The notes beneath the pieces were generated by a model. It did not search any database, was not told the origin of the DNA, and saw nothing but the letters and a program-made list of their open reading frames with translations. Positions 17,493-27,700 of a DNA stretch of 64,000 bases are shown one piece after another. Where the stretch lies: positions 13,464 through 77,463 of IMG/VR virus record IMGVR_UViG_3300029288_000144; one strand, given 5' to 3'. Each line of letters starts with the position of its first letter. Position 1 is the first letter of the stretch. Origin of the DNA: a virus. Lineage: Duplodnaviria > Caudoviricetes. The translations under genes were made by a program, and so were the position numbers.

Positions 17493-17675
17493 ATGTCGAT
17501 CATATTAAAAGAATACATTAACAAAATAGAATATAAAATGACTATTGAAGATACGATAACCAGTTTGGAAAGAATAATAAAAAGAGAACGCGCAAAATTA
17601 AAGAGAATACAAGATAAATGTGAGCATAAAAATATAAGAAAGGAATACAACAAATCAAAGAAAAAGATTAGCTAA
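17493..17675 (+). CDS. hypothetical coiled-coil protein
   Basis: 60 aa, last gene before a convergent ORF. Confidence 0.45.
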   Translation: MSIILKEYINKIEYKMTIEDTITSLERIIKRERAKLKRIQDKCEHKNIRKEYNKSKKKIS

Positions 17676-18611
17676 ATCAACAGCTTCGTTAATCTTTTTC
17701 TCCATTTCTTTTTTCAATTCTTGTTTCACTTCTTGTGTTGATGGAAGCTTTTTGTTTCCGGCTTTGATTGGATCGAAAGCCCTCAACATCAACGCTTTAG
17801 CTTTCGGTGTTAACTTTCCATCTTTGTCTTTATAACCACCGATATTTTCACGCACTCTGGCGATGAACCTTATCGACCTTGAAACACATTCGCGTTCAGA
17901 TTGTGTGAGGTTTTTTGGAGCTTTTCCATTTGATATGTTTGAAGAATATTTAGATAAAATGTTTATCAACTCTTTAGCATTTTCTCTTCCGGTAGTAGCT
18001 GCTAATGATTCTTTGTTTCTCTCTTCATCAGTCCAGCCGGATTCTTTTCCATCTTCTGAATTATAAAAAGACCGTAATTGTGCCGAAGTCATGTTCACCA
18101 TTTCCGAAAACTTAGCCCACAAAATTTCAATATCACTCGGAACTGTTGAAACGCGTTCTTTCTTTTCATCGGATTCGGATAAGTTGTTTTGTGTATTCAA
18201 TGTTTGTTCCTCATCATTATTTATCTCTGATTCATTCATTTTCTTTCGCGGGTCGTGTCCCCAAACAAGTAGAGATAATAATTTACGAGTCTTTCTTCCT
18301 TTATCATCTAATAGCTGGCCAGGATTCGCTTTCATGCGCGAGATGAAAGAAATTTGCGCTTTCATCCAGTCCAAATCATTCTCAGTCCAATCTTCAAACT
18401 TTTTCCCAAGCATTCGAATGATTGCTCTTGCCGAATCTCTTCCGCTTGTGATTTTTCCGCCACCAGCTCCAGCCGTCGCCGCTTCTTTTCTACTCAATCC
18501 AGCTTCTTTTCCTTCATCGGAATCCAGAAACTTTTGAATTTCGTTAGCTGACATGTTAATCAGCTTTTTCCAAGTTTTATATTGCTCTTTAGTTTTTATG
18601 TCGTGTTCCAT
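17655..18611 (-). CDS. tandem DUF3140-like two-domain protein
   Basis: two repeats: INMSANEIQKFLDSDEGKEAG..SGR..WGHDP and VNMTSAQLRSFYNSEDGKESG..TGR..AFDP; late promoter 5 nt upstream of ATG 18611. Confidence 0.7.
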   Translation of the reverse strand: MEHDIKTKEQYKTWKKLINMSANEIQKFLDSDEGKEAGLSRKEAATAGAGGGKITSGRDSARAIIRMLGKKFEDWTENDLDWMKAQISFISRMKANPGQLLDDKGRKTRKLLSLLVWGHDPRKKMNESEINNDEEQTLNTQNNLSESDEKKERVSTVPSDIEILWAKFSEMVNMTSAQLRSFYNSEDGKESGWTDEERNKESLAATTGRENAKELINILSKYSSNISNGKAPKNLTQSERECVSRSIRFIARVRENIGGYKDKDGKLTPKAKALMLRAFDPIKAGNKKLPSTQEVKQELKKEMEKKINEAVDLANLFL

Positions 18612-18616
18612 AACTA

Positions 18617-18624
18617 TATTTATC
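18617..18624 (-). promoter_or_regulatory. T4-like late promoter GATAAATA
   Basis: exactly 5 nt upstream of ATG. Confidence 0.6.
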
Positions 18625-18637
18625 AAAAGGAGATAAA

Positions 18638-20461
18638 ATGTCAGAATCAAGAATTAAACACTTAGTTGAGAAAATCACCGAATGGTCTACCGCCTATTAC
18701 GAATCAGGAGAGTCGTTAGTTTCCGATTTAATTTACGATGCTCATTTTGAAGAACTCAAGCAACTCGATCCTGATAATGATATTTTTAAGTCATGTGGAA
18801 AAGGATATGTTGTTGAAGTTTCTGAAAAAGAGAAATTCACACATCCTATTGAAGTTGGAAGTATTGAAAAATACCGTGACTTCAACAAGCTATTGGAAAA
18901 ACTTGACAAAAACGCAACGTGGAGTTTTAAGCTTGATGGAAATAGTTTTGTGGATTATTTCGCTTATGGTAAATTGGAGAACGTTGTTAGTCGTGGTTCA
19001 AACAACATTGGAATTATTAGAACTAATCGGTTTGTTGAATATGTGAATACACCAACAAAAATAGATTTTATTAAAGACAGAAAGCTTGTTGCTGTTCGGG
19101 GAGAAGTCGTAATTCCTAAGAACAAATATACAGAAGAGAATGGTTTTGATATTTCCAAATCAAGTAGGAATGCCGTTGCTGGTCTAACATCAAGAAAGAC
19201 CGATTATTCCGAACTAAAACATGTAGATTCTGTTAAGTATACTTTTGTTGATTGTGAGACAGGTGAAGAACTTAATGATTTGAATTGGGAGAAATATTAC
19301 AAAGTTGAAAAGCAGAAGCCTGTATATGTAGGCGGAAAAGCAATTACCGAAGAAGAACTAAAAGAATTGATGACAAACCATGAATATGAATGTGATGGAG
19401 TTGTTTTCAAAAATTCCGATGGCGAATTGTTTGCTTACAAGTTTGAAGATGAAGAAGTTGTAACAAAATGTGTTGGTATTGAAATTACAATCGGGAGTGC
19501 TAACCGACTAACTCCCGTAGCATTACTTGAACCTGTGAATCTTAGTGGTTCAATTATTTCCAAAGCATCCCTGGGTTCAATGAAGGTCGCAGAAACACTT
19601 GGAGTCTTCCCACTCAAATCTGAGACATTTGTAGCCGTGGTTAGAAGCGGGGAAATCATCCCTTACATCACGCGGTTGGTTTCGTCTGAGGGTGAGGTTA
19701 TCCAAAATGAAATTCGTTGTCCAGTGTGTGATTCTGTTGGCGAATACGACGGAGCACACATGTTCTGTAAAAATGAAGAATGTCCAAATATTGAAAGAGA
19801 GTATTTGTTTAAGTTCTGTTCTTTTATATCTCCAGAAGGGTTGAAGGAAAAGACTTTGGAGAAAATCTTTGACCATTATGATATCACATCTGTTTTAGAA
19901 TTGGTTGAAAGCGAAGCTGGGGTTTGGGATATCACCGAAGTTGATGGAATTGGAGAATCAACGGCGGAATTGTTTGATGAAATGATTAACAATATGAATG
20001 GAGAACTTGATTCGAAAATCATCTACCAAACATTCATCAACGGCTGTGGAAAAAGAGCATCCAAAGCAATTGTTAATTCCGGATTCTCATTTGAAGAATA
20101 TGTTTCTGGTAATTATTCTTTAGAAAAACTTTACACACTACCAAACTTCAATTCAAACATTATTGAAGAACTAGAAGATAAACAAGAAATGATTTCGGAA
20201 GTTTGTCAATATGGTTCGTATTTTGATGATGTTGAAATTGTTGGTGAAAAGAAATTCTGTATCACGGGAGTTAGATTGTCAAAAGAACAATCTGAACAAG
20301 CTAAGAAAGCTGGATGGGATGAGAAATCTGTAGTAAGTAAGAATCTTGATGTTCTTGTTGTCAAAAACAAAACCTCAGCTTCTTCAAAAACAGAAAAAGC
20401 GAAGAGCCTTGGAGTCAAGATTGTTTCTCTGGATGAATTTTTGAAAATGATTGAAAAATAA
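18638..20461 (+). CDS. ligA: NAD+-dependent DNA ligase
   Basis: YY..ISD..YD, KLDG, VRGE, DGVV, GRLTPV-like OB fold, VRSGEIIP, CPVC..C..C zinc finger, C-terminal BRCT (FCITG..VSKNLDVLV). Confidence 0.93.
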   Translation: MSESRIKHLVEKITEWSTAYYESGESLVSDLIYDAHFEELKQLDPDNDIFKSCGKGYVVEVSEKEKFTHPIEVGSIEKYRDFNKLLEKLDKNATWSFKLDGNSFVDYFAYGKLENVVSRGSNNIGIIRTNRFVEYVNTPTKIDFIKDRKLVAVRGEVVIPKNKYTEENGFDISKSSRNAVAGLTSRKTDYSELKHVDSVKYTFVDCETGEELNDLNWEKYYKVEKQKPVYVGGKAITEEELKELMTNHEYECDGVVFKNSDGELFAYKFEDEEVVTKCVGIEITIGSANRLTPVALLEPVNLSGSIISKASLGSMKVAETLGVFPLKSETFVAVVRSGEIIPYITRLVSSEGEVIQNEIRCPVCDSVGEYDGAHMFCKNEECPNIEREYLFKFCSFISPEGLKEKTLEKIFDHYDITSVLELVESEAGVWDITEVDGIGESTAELFDEMINNMNGELDSKIIYQTFINGCGKRASKAIVNSGFSFEEYVSGNYSLEKLYTLPNFNSNIIEELEDKQEMISEVCQYGSYFDDVEIVGEKKFCITGVRLSKEQSEQAKKAGWDEKSVVSKNLDVLVVKNKTSASSKTEKAKSLGVKIVSLDEFLKMIEK

Positions 20462-20469
20462 CGCTTGCC

Positions 20470-20811
20470 TTGGAAAAAAGAATAGAGTATATTACAGCTA
20501 ACCAAAGCCCTCTTCATTTGATCCAAAGGAAATCCACAATGAACAACCTTGGTGAAGCCGACCCCGTTCCTCCAGCAGAATGTGTCACGTTTAAGCCTGT
20601 TGGTATTTTTGGATGGGTCCGAAATGAGCACGGACATTATCTGCTTGTCGAAACCTACGCCAGTTCTGTGTTGATTAAAATCATTCAGGATGACAAGGTT
20701 ACTGCTTTTCAGATTTCTCCGGAGAAGATGCTTAAGACCGTTGAAGATATTAAGGATGCTCTCGATTCTTGTTGTGATAGAACGAGAAACGATTATGCTA
20801 TTCCGACCTAA
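20470..20811 (+). CDS. hypothetical protein
   Basis: 113-aa ORF, TTG start uncertain. Confidence 0.55.
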   Translation: MEKRIEYITANQSPLHLIQRKSTMNNLGEADPVPPAECVTFKPVGIFGWVRNEHGHYLLVETYASSVLIKIIQDDKVTAFQISPEKMLKTVEDIKDALDSCCDRTRNDYAIPT

Positions 20812-21434
20812 GTGTTCATTTTAAAATAAGGTTCAAACGCTAATGGTAGGTGATAGTAATCATCTACCATTTTTGTTTTTGGCAACCGAGAAAAAAGATA
20901 TTCATTTCGGGTGCTTCCTGTTTCACTATACCAAACTCTATATTTCTTAGCATATTGAAAGAACAAGAGATACGAGTTGGATGATAAAACATATTCTTCT
21001 AAATTTACAGGAAGATTATATTCTTTTATCATCTCTATTGTATTACATTCACACTCATGCTCCACGTCCTGAATTTTTCTAACAACTCGTTCTACTGTGT
21101 TTGTATCAAGTTCAATGCTTTTATCAATCCAATCCCAAAATAATTCATACGCATTTTTATCATCAAAATCCAAATCTTTCCATTTCTTTGAATTATTTTG
21201 TTTTTGTAGAAAGTGGTTAAATTCGTGAGCAAGTGTCGAAACCCAATCTGTTTTATCAACGACGACCGCTAATTCTTTATCTGGTTCAGAATAATAACCT
21301 TCTACTTTGGAACCACCAATATATAAATCCTGTCCGACAAACAATTTAAGATTGTGTCGCGCTGCTTTTAATTTCTTGTCAACATGTGCGACAAAATCAT
21401 CTACATATTCATTTCCGGTCTCTATTTTTATCAT
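20808..21434 (-). CDS. zincin-like metallopeptidase
   Basis: LAHEFNHFLQ (HExxH) and a downstream VEHECE. Confidence 0.65.
   Translation of the reverse strand: MIKIETGNEYVDDFVAHVDKKLKAARHNLKLFVGQDLYIGGSKVEGYYSEPDKELAVVVDKTDWVSTLAHEFNHFLQKQNNSKKWKDLDFDDKNAYELFWDWIDKSIELDTNTVERVVRKIQDVEHECECNTIEMIKEYNLPVNLEEYVLSSNSYLLFFQYAKKYRVWYSETGSTRNEYLFSRLPKTKMVDDYYHLPLAFEPYFKMNT
20843..20875 (+). terminator. intrinsic terminator
   Basis: ATGGTAG..CTACCAT stem plus T-run just after the + strand unit. Confidence 0.55.
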
Positions 21435-22429
21435 TCCTCAAATGCCTTAATTATATCGCCAACAATTTTAGCTCTCTGAATGTCACTTTCCGTCATCTTA
21501 ACAAAACCAATTTCTTGAATATCTTTTAAGTAATTTATAGCACATTCTAATCCCGACATTTGGTCTTTCTGTATTTTCATGTCCGATTGGCTCAAATCCC
21601 CCGTTATTATTATCTTAGAAGTTCCTATCCTCGTTAAGAAACTAAGAATTTCGTGCTTTGTGGTATTTTGAGATTCATCGAGAATGATTATCGAATTGTT
21701 GAATGTAGCTCCACGAATAAGCGCCAAACTTTCAAAACAAATACGATTAGTTTTTACCAGATTCTCATATTCTTTTTCGCCTATATAATCCAAAAACAAT
21801 TGAACAATCGCATTTGAATATGGTCCGGTTTTTTCTCCAATATCTCCAGGAAGATAACCAAGTGAGTTCTTTCCATTACCATCAACGGTTGTCATTGGTC
21901 TTACGACAACAATCTTATCGTATCGATTATATTCAAGAAGTTTTAGAGCCATAGCTATCGCCATCGCGGTCTTTCCTGTTCCCGCACAACCATGGAGAAT
22001 TGTTATTTGCTTGTGTTGAATTGTTTTCAAAATTAGCTCTTGATTTTTTGTTCTCGGACTAATTTCTTTTCCATCATAAGTTGTATAAAATGAACGAAAT
22101 TTAGTTTCAGAATAAGGTTTTGGCAACATGTCTGATATAATATTGTCAATATCTTCATCTGTAATAATATATTCGCTATCAAACCAATCAAAAATTCTTT
22201 CAAGAACATAAGCAGCACTACGACAATGACCAACTTCTCCAGAAATATTAAAAACATTTCCTTTCAAATCAATATCAACACCAAATGATTTTTTTATCTT
22301 TATTAAATCAGATGGACATATTTCTTTTACCAATTGAACATCTGCAACGAATTTAACAATCTTTTCATCCTGTTCGTCTTGAGTTGTTTGGGTTTTGATT
22401 TTCCCACGCTTAACAGTAGCCTTGGTCAT
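21431..22429 (-). CDS. phoH: PhoH-like ATPase with N-terminal KH-like domain
   Basis: PRTKNQ, GCAGTGKT, LGYLPGD, LALIRGATF, IILDESQN, IIITGD..QSD. Confidence 0.93.
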   Translation of the reverse strand: MTKATVKRGKIKTQTTQDEQDEKIVKFVADVQLVKEICPSDLIKIKKSFGVDIDLKGNVFNISGEVGHCRSAAYVLERIFDWFDSEYIITDEDIDNIISDMLPKPYSETKFRSFYTTYDGKEISPRTKNQELILKTIQHKQITILHGCAGTGKTAMAIAMALKLLEYNRYDKIVVVRPMTTVDGNGKNSLGYLPGDIGEKTGPYSNAIVQLFLDYIGEKEYENLVKTNRICFESLALIRGATFNNSIIILDESQNTTKHEILSFLTRIGTSKIIITGDLSQSDMKIQKDQMSGLECAINYLKDIQEIGFVKMTESDIQRAKIVGDIIKAFEE

Positions 22430-22458
22430 AATTCTCCTTTTTGGCTGAAATAATAAAC

Positions 22459-22495
22459 AAAAAAGAAACTGGCAAATTAACCAATTTCCTTTTTT
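22459..22495. terminator. bidirectional hairpin terminator
   Basis: AAAGAAACTGG / CCAATTTCCTT stem flanked by A- and T-runs. Confidence 0.5.
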
Positions 22496-22519
22496 GTGTT
22501 TTCAATATCATAGTCTCTC

Positions 22520-22684
22520 TTAAAAAAAATCTTGTTGAAAATCTTCAGGGTCGTCAAGGAATGTGTATTTTGGAACGTCTTCTTGATAATCATCTATTGA
22601 CCGCCATGGCGAAACTTTGTCAAATGGCGAGTCAAACCCATTCTCATCTTCTTGTGAGAATGTTTGAAAATACATGTCATCCAT
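22520..22684 (-). CDS. highly acidic 54-aa protein
   Basis: MDDMYFQTFSQEDENGFDSPFDKVSPWRSIDDYQEDVPKYTFLDDPEDFQQDFF; GAGGAAGGG SD; late promoter at 22741-47. Confidence 0.6.
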   Translation of the reverse strand: MDDMYFQTFSQEDENGFDSPFDKVSPWRSIDDYQEDVPKYTFLDDPEDFQQDFF

Positions 22685-22739
22685 GTGTCCCTTCCTCTAT
22701 TCTACGTTGTTTTATTATAATTTTAACACTCATTTTCTA

Positions 22740-23276
22740 TTATTTAGCAATCATCACAAATGTTATTGCTGCGATTAAACACGTAACAATTCCCCCGAAT
22801 ATTCCGTGTTTCAATCCTTGTTTGTATTTTTTATCACTCTCTGTTAAAGATTTAATAACAACCGAATCGGCTTTTTCTACGATTCGTCCCAATTGTTCAT
22901 TACAAGAATCTCTATCTTCTGTCATTATTTGTAACGAAGCTGAATCTCTTTCGTAGCTAAATTTATATTCCAAACATTTCTTAAGTTGTTCGGTTGAATC
23001 TGATGAGTCTGTTTTTGGTATTTCGTTATCAAACAATTTGACAACCTGACTATCTGTTAATTGTTTTAGATTAGTTATACGTCTAGTTGAATTTTTTTTA
23101 ATAGTATCTATCTTCTTGTCGGTTTCCCTTGTTTGAATGATTCTGGTTGAATGTATTCTGTGAATTTCTTTCCTCAACTCAACTATTTTCTCAGTTGGTT
23201 TAGTATTGAAGAAAAAAATAAAAATCAAAGAGCAAATAAAAAGAACATATCCGAAAATTCCATATTTTAACGGCAT
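22740..23276 (-). CDS. membrane protein with N- and C-terminal TM helices and coiled coil (spanin-like)
   Basis: hydrophobic ends, charged helical middle. Confidence 0.5.
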   Translation of the reverse strand: MPLKYGIFGYVLFICSLIFIFFFNTKPTEKIVELRKEIHRIHSTRIIQTRETDKKIDTIKKNSTRRITNLKQLTDSQVVKLFDNEIPKTDSSDSTEQLKKCLEYKFSYERDSASLQIMTEDRDSCNEQLGRIVEKADSVVIKSLTESDKKYKQGLKHGIFGGIVTCLIAAITFVMIAK

Positions 23277-23800
23277 TCTGTAATAAACTCCACCGAATAG
23301 TCTTCAATCTTAAAAGAGACATCAAATGTTATTTCGTTAGCGGAACCAAACTCTAATGAAATATTACTCAGATTTGTAATAAAGCAATTTGTGAATATGT
23401 ATTTAATCTTTTCTCTTTTCTCATTGTCTAGAAAAATAACTTTAATATCATTTACAAAGTTCAATCTAAAAAACTTTTTATTATCTGTATTCTTTTGGTT
23501 TCTTAAGTCTCGCATCCAATTGTATAGATAGTAATAATTCAACATATCTTCAGACATTTTGAAAGTGATAGTCAAATCAACCAAGTCTTGATTGATTCTT
23601 GAAATAGGATGATTGATATGATAATTTACAAAATCAGATTCAATATAAGAAACATCAAGACTTGGAAAATTTACACTTTTAATATACAATTCATACAGGT
23701 CAAAGTTTAGAAAATTATTAAGATTGTTAGGCGTAAATCCTGGGATGTTACTAAAAATAACTCTAAATTTGTCTGAAAATTGTGTATTAGGTAATGCCAT
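23267..23800 (-). CDS. tail completion/tube terminator (T4 gp3-like)
   Basis: SVNFPSLD..DLTITFKMSEDMLNYYYLYNWM resembles the gp3/tube fold. Confidence 0.7.
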   Translation of the reverse strand: MALPNTQFSDKFRVIFSNIPGFTPNNLNNFLNFDLYELYIKSVNFPSLDVSYIESDFVNYHINHPISRINQDLVDLTITFKMSEDMLNYYYLYNWMRDLRNQKNTDNKKFFRLNFVNDIKVIFLDNEKREKIKYIFTNCFITNLSNISLEFGSANEITFDVSFKIEDYSVEFITECR

Positions 23801-24291
23801 TATTCCTCAACAGCCTCAGTATCATCTATTAGTTTCATAAAAACATAAAAATCTTCGGGAGCTAGTTTTTCAGGAAGATATTTGAATTTTGTTTTAGTGA
23901 TATTCACATCAATCTGTTCCGAAACAAAACCTTTGTATTCCGAAACCATTTGTTCATGTTTCTTGATGTCTTCCGAGAATACTTGTTTTAGTTTTTCAAT
24001 ATCACCTTCAAGAATAAGTCTATTCTCGTCCGAAAGCTTATATCTGTTGGCTTCAATGATTGGAGAACCATCTACATTTTTTTCAGCCAACTGTTCCAGA
24101 AGCGATAGTCTGGCTTTTTCAAAATTAACCAAAATTGAATTTAATTCCATTTCTTTTTGAAGAACATCATCAAAAATCTTTTTTAATTCTTCCTTGGTTT
24201 TTGCCAACGCGAACAAAAGAAATTTATTGAGTTCACAAGATGTAATCCCCGTTAGTTTGTTATACAGTTCTATTGCTTCAATGCGTGTCAT
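23800..24291 (-). CDS. helical protein, possible tail-fibre chaperone
   Basis: downstream of fibre gene; loosely similar to neighbour. Confidence 0.45.
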   Translation of the reverse strand: MTRIEAIELYNKLTGITSCELNKFLLFALAKTKEELKKIFDDVLQKEMELNSILVNFEKARLSLLEQLAEKNVDGSPIIEANRYKLSDENRLILEGDIEKLKQVFSEDIKKHEQMVSEYKGFVSEQIDVNITKTKFKYLPEKLAPEDFYVFMKLIDDTEAVEE

Positions 24292-24301
24292 GGTTGCCTT
24301 T

Positions 24302-24751
24302 CTATTTAATTATTAACATCAACGTATCAATCTCTTCTGAACTTAGATTGTTAAATACGTCATCAGGTAGCTCATCTATATTTATAAACCTACTAGGCGA
24401 ATAATTTGTTTTTAGATATTCTTTTAATTTCATATAATTGACAAATTCGGGCGCGGTGTTCATCTTATCCAAAGTTTCAACAATAATAGGAGCATCCGAC
24501 GGATTTACATTCACTCCAAGAATATCAATACCTTTTTCAGAACTATCGAATTGTTTAACATAGTTTAGTTTTTCGCGTTCTAACGTTATTAGTTCATCGG
24601 TATAATAGGTTTTCTTTAATTTTTCTACAACTTCCAATTCTGTTTCTAATTCCACGGTAATCTCCAAAAGTTTTCGACGTGATTTTGGAGAAGACGGTAA
24701 CCTAATCTTTTTTAATATATCTATGGTAGTTTGTATATCGCTCAGTTTCAT
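24302..24751 (-). CDS. helical protein, possible tail-fibre chaperone
   Basis: MKLSDIQ start; position after fibre gene. Confidence 0.45.
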   Translation of the reverse strand: MKLSDIQTTIDILKKIRLPSSPKSRRKLLEITVELETELEVVEKLKKTYYTDELITLEREKLNYVKQFDSSEKGIDILGVNVNPSDAPIIVETLDKMNTAPEFVNYMKLKEYLKTNYSPSRFINIDELPDDVFNNLSSEEIDTLMLIIK

Positions 24752-24752
24752 A

Positions 24753-27700
24753 TTAGTATCTAAGCACACTTAATGAATCGTCCGATGAAACATTTGTGGT
24801 ATACGGACCAATACCAAAAGACCTTCCTATAATTCCATTAAAACATGAGAATTCTTTTCCTCGGCCAGTAACAGTCTCTCCATAGTTACTGGCCGAAATT
24901 GTTGAATTTAGTCTATCGACAAATTTTATTTTTGAATCGGTTTCTCCCGAACCAACTCTACCCTGAGCCAAGATGTTAAATTGATTATTTGTTATTGTTG
25001 AAGTAAATGTTTGTTCATCATATCCAGGATAATTGCCGTGAATTGTATCATCAGAAGGGGTTGGTTCATCATTTGAAGTTGTATATATATCTATTTTGTT
25101 TATATCGTTAAACAAATAATAATCTGCCGACATTTGTCTACACAGCCCTTCTATTGTATATGATGGCGTTCTACTAACAGCTATCATACGATATCCATTT
25201 GCTATGTAAGTGTTAACATTTGCGTAATCTGCTGCATCGCCGTATAAAAATTTCATAGTTATTGGATTAAACATGACAAACTGAATTAGTTTAGTTATAA
25301 TTGTTTTTACCGTTGTGTTTGTTTCTACCGTTTTTATTGAACCATCTCTTGAAGAACTTGCCTTAAAAGACACAGAATCAATTTTGCCGGAATACGAATC
25401 GCATCTGGCTCTGAATATTTTTATAACTATATACGAATCGTTTGTATTGGACCCGTTGTTATCATAACGAACTCGGTGTATGAAAAGGGAATACTTGTAA
25501 CGCTCGATGTTTCCGGTATATCCTTCAAGTTCAATTTCGTCGGCTTTTAGTGAAATTTTTGTTCTTGTGTTGTTTGTTGAGCAAGCTTTGGCATCCAATA
25601 CAATGTTTTTAGCCACTAACGAAGCACTTGTTAACCAACATGACCCAATTTGAACCGTCTCAGATGAATTTACAGAAGCGCCATAACCGATAGCTACTGA
25701 ATTTGTAGCATTCGTAATACTTGTTGAATTTCCAATGCTATAAGAATTTACCGAATTAAAAATACTATTGTTATTTCCAAAAGCTACAACATAGGTGCCA
25801 ACAATTGTGTTATTATTTCCAAAAATTGAAGAATTAACACTTGAATTAACACCATTTCGATTTCCAAAAACATTTGTTTGATTTGAACTTATGATATTGT
25901 TATCTGAACCGCAGACTTTCGTTTCTGGTGCCGCGCTTATTGTATTGTTTATTCCTGTAACAAATGAATATGTTGATGTGGTTGTGACATTATTATAAAT
26001 TCCTTTTATATAAGACGATTCTGAACTGTTGATATTGTTGAAGAAGCCAATAGCAGTTGAGAAATTTGACGAAATAATTGAATTATTTCCACCAACAACA
26101 CTCGAGGAAGCTGAACCGGTTTGAACAGTGTTTTTATTTCCAAGTATTGTAGACCCCTGGGAATATGTAATGTTGTTTATACCTGCTATAAATGACTGAA
26201 TCGCTCCAGAGTAAACTGTCGTCCCTTGACCAAAAACAAATGACCCCATACCATCATTATATGTTTTTGTATACTGCCCAATATTATCCCAGGACGAACT
26301 TACAGGTATTTGCTGCTCAGATGAACCATCCCATATCTTTTTTACATACCCCGGAAAATATATTGTTGTTGAACCAACTCCACCACCATAAAGATAAGGC
26401 GATCCAAATGTGAACGAACCATGAGCATTTACATCCGCTTGGGCATATCCACCAAACACATATGACAAAATCGCATTAGCCGATGTGTGCTGACCATGCG
26501 ATTGTGACAAAATACCATCGGCAAGTGTGCTTAATCCTGTAGCAATTGTTAAAATTCCAAGCGCGGAAGTGCTCATTCCAAACGAATTATTGCCAGTTCC
26601 GTATGAAATTGTGTTTATATTAAATGCGGTGTTGCCATTTCCTTTTGCCAGGGTTTGAATGTTCGTAGCAAAATTACCGCCTGTAATAAGTAATCCAGCA
26701 AACCAATTCTGAAGGGAAGATGGGCTATATCCTCCTGGAAACAACCCGCTATCAACATCCGAAATAGCTGAAGTTTTAAAACCATAAGCTAGATTCATAC
26801 CTTCCGATGGAGAACCATAATAGGTGGTGTCCATCCCTTCTGAAGATGCTACTGATTGATAGCCACCAGCCAATGAGCCAAATCCAATAGCCGAAGTCCT
26901 ATATCCAAAGGTTGTTGAAATTAAACCCTGGGCTAATGTTTCAACACCCGTTGCTAAAGTGTACCCTCCGCGTTCTGTCGTATATAACTCATATATGCTT
27001 GGATTCGTGTCTCCGTAATTTGACGAACCGCTGTTGGCGTATCCTGTAGCAGAACAATAACAACCCATAGCAATTGATTTTATTCCCGTAGCAACGCAAT
27101 TATAACCAAGTTGTAAAATAGCATCATCAGGGCAGCTCGTATCGATATCAAAAACCGCCATATCCGCCCAATCCGGATAATTATCATATGGCTTAAATCT
27201 GGTTGTCTTAATATTTGTGAATCGCATATCATCATATGCTAACCGAACTTGGTCTTTTTCCGGGTCTGTTATTGTGAGTTTTGCTCTCGGAACCCACGAA
27301 CCCGGAGAAGCTGATGAAGAAATAACAACATCTCCATCATAATTCAAAGCATACGCAGATGTTGTGTTTGATGTTGGAATTCTTGTGAAATAATCGGTAT
27401 TTATATAAACTGGCGACGCCGCTGAAGATGCGAGAGAAAACTGTAATTCAATATTAGCTTCAAACGCATTTAAACTTCCAGCCGTATCTGATTTAATTTG
27501 GGGGGTGTCAAAAACAACAACAGCAAACAAAGTTGGATTGTATGGAGAACCAACAACACCAGGGTCCGCATAACCATACTGATTTACTCTAGTAGCATAA
27601 ATAGCAAGCATATTAAACTTGAACGATCCGGTTCCCGCTGGTATGCGACATTTATAGTTCCCAGAAGCAACTCCCGATGTTGATTGATTAGGCGAATACG

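Noticed and set aside
22441-22956. 171-aa + strand ORF
   Set aside because: Shadow of - strand genes (acidic peptide and membrane protein), which have SD and promoter support.
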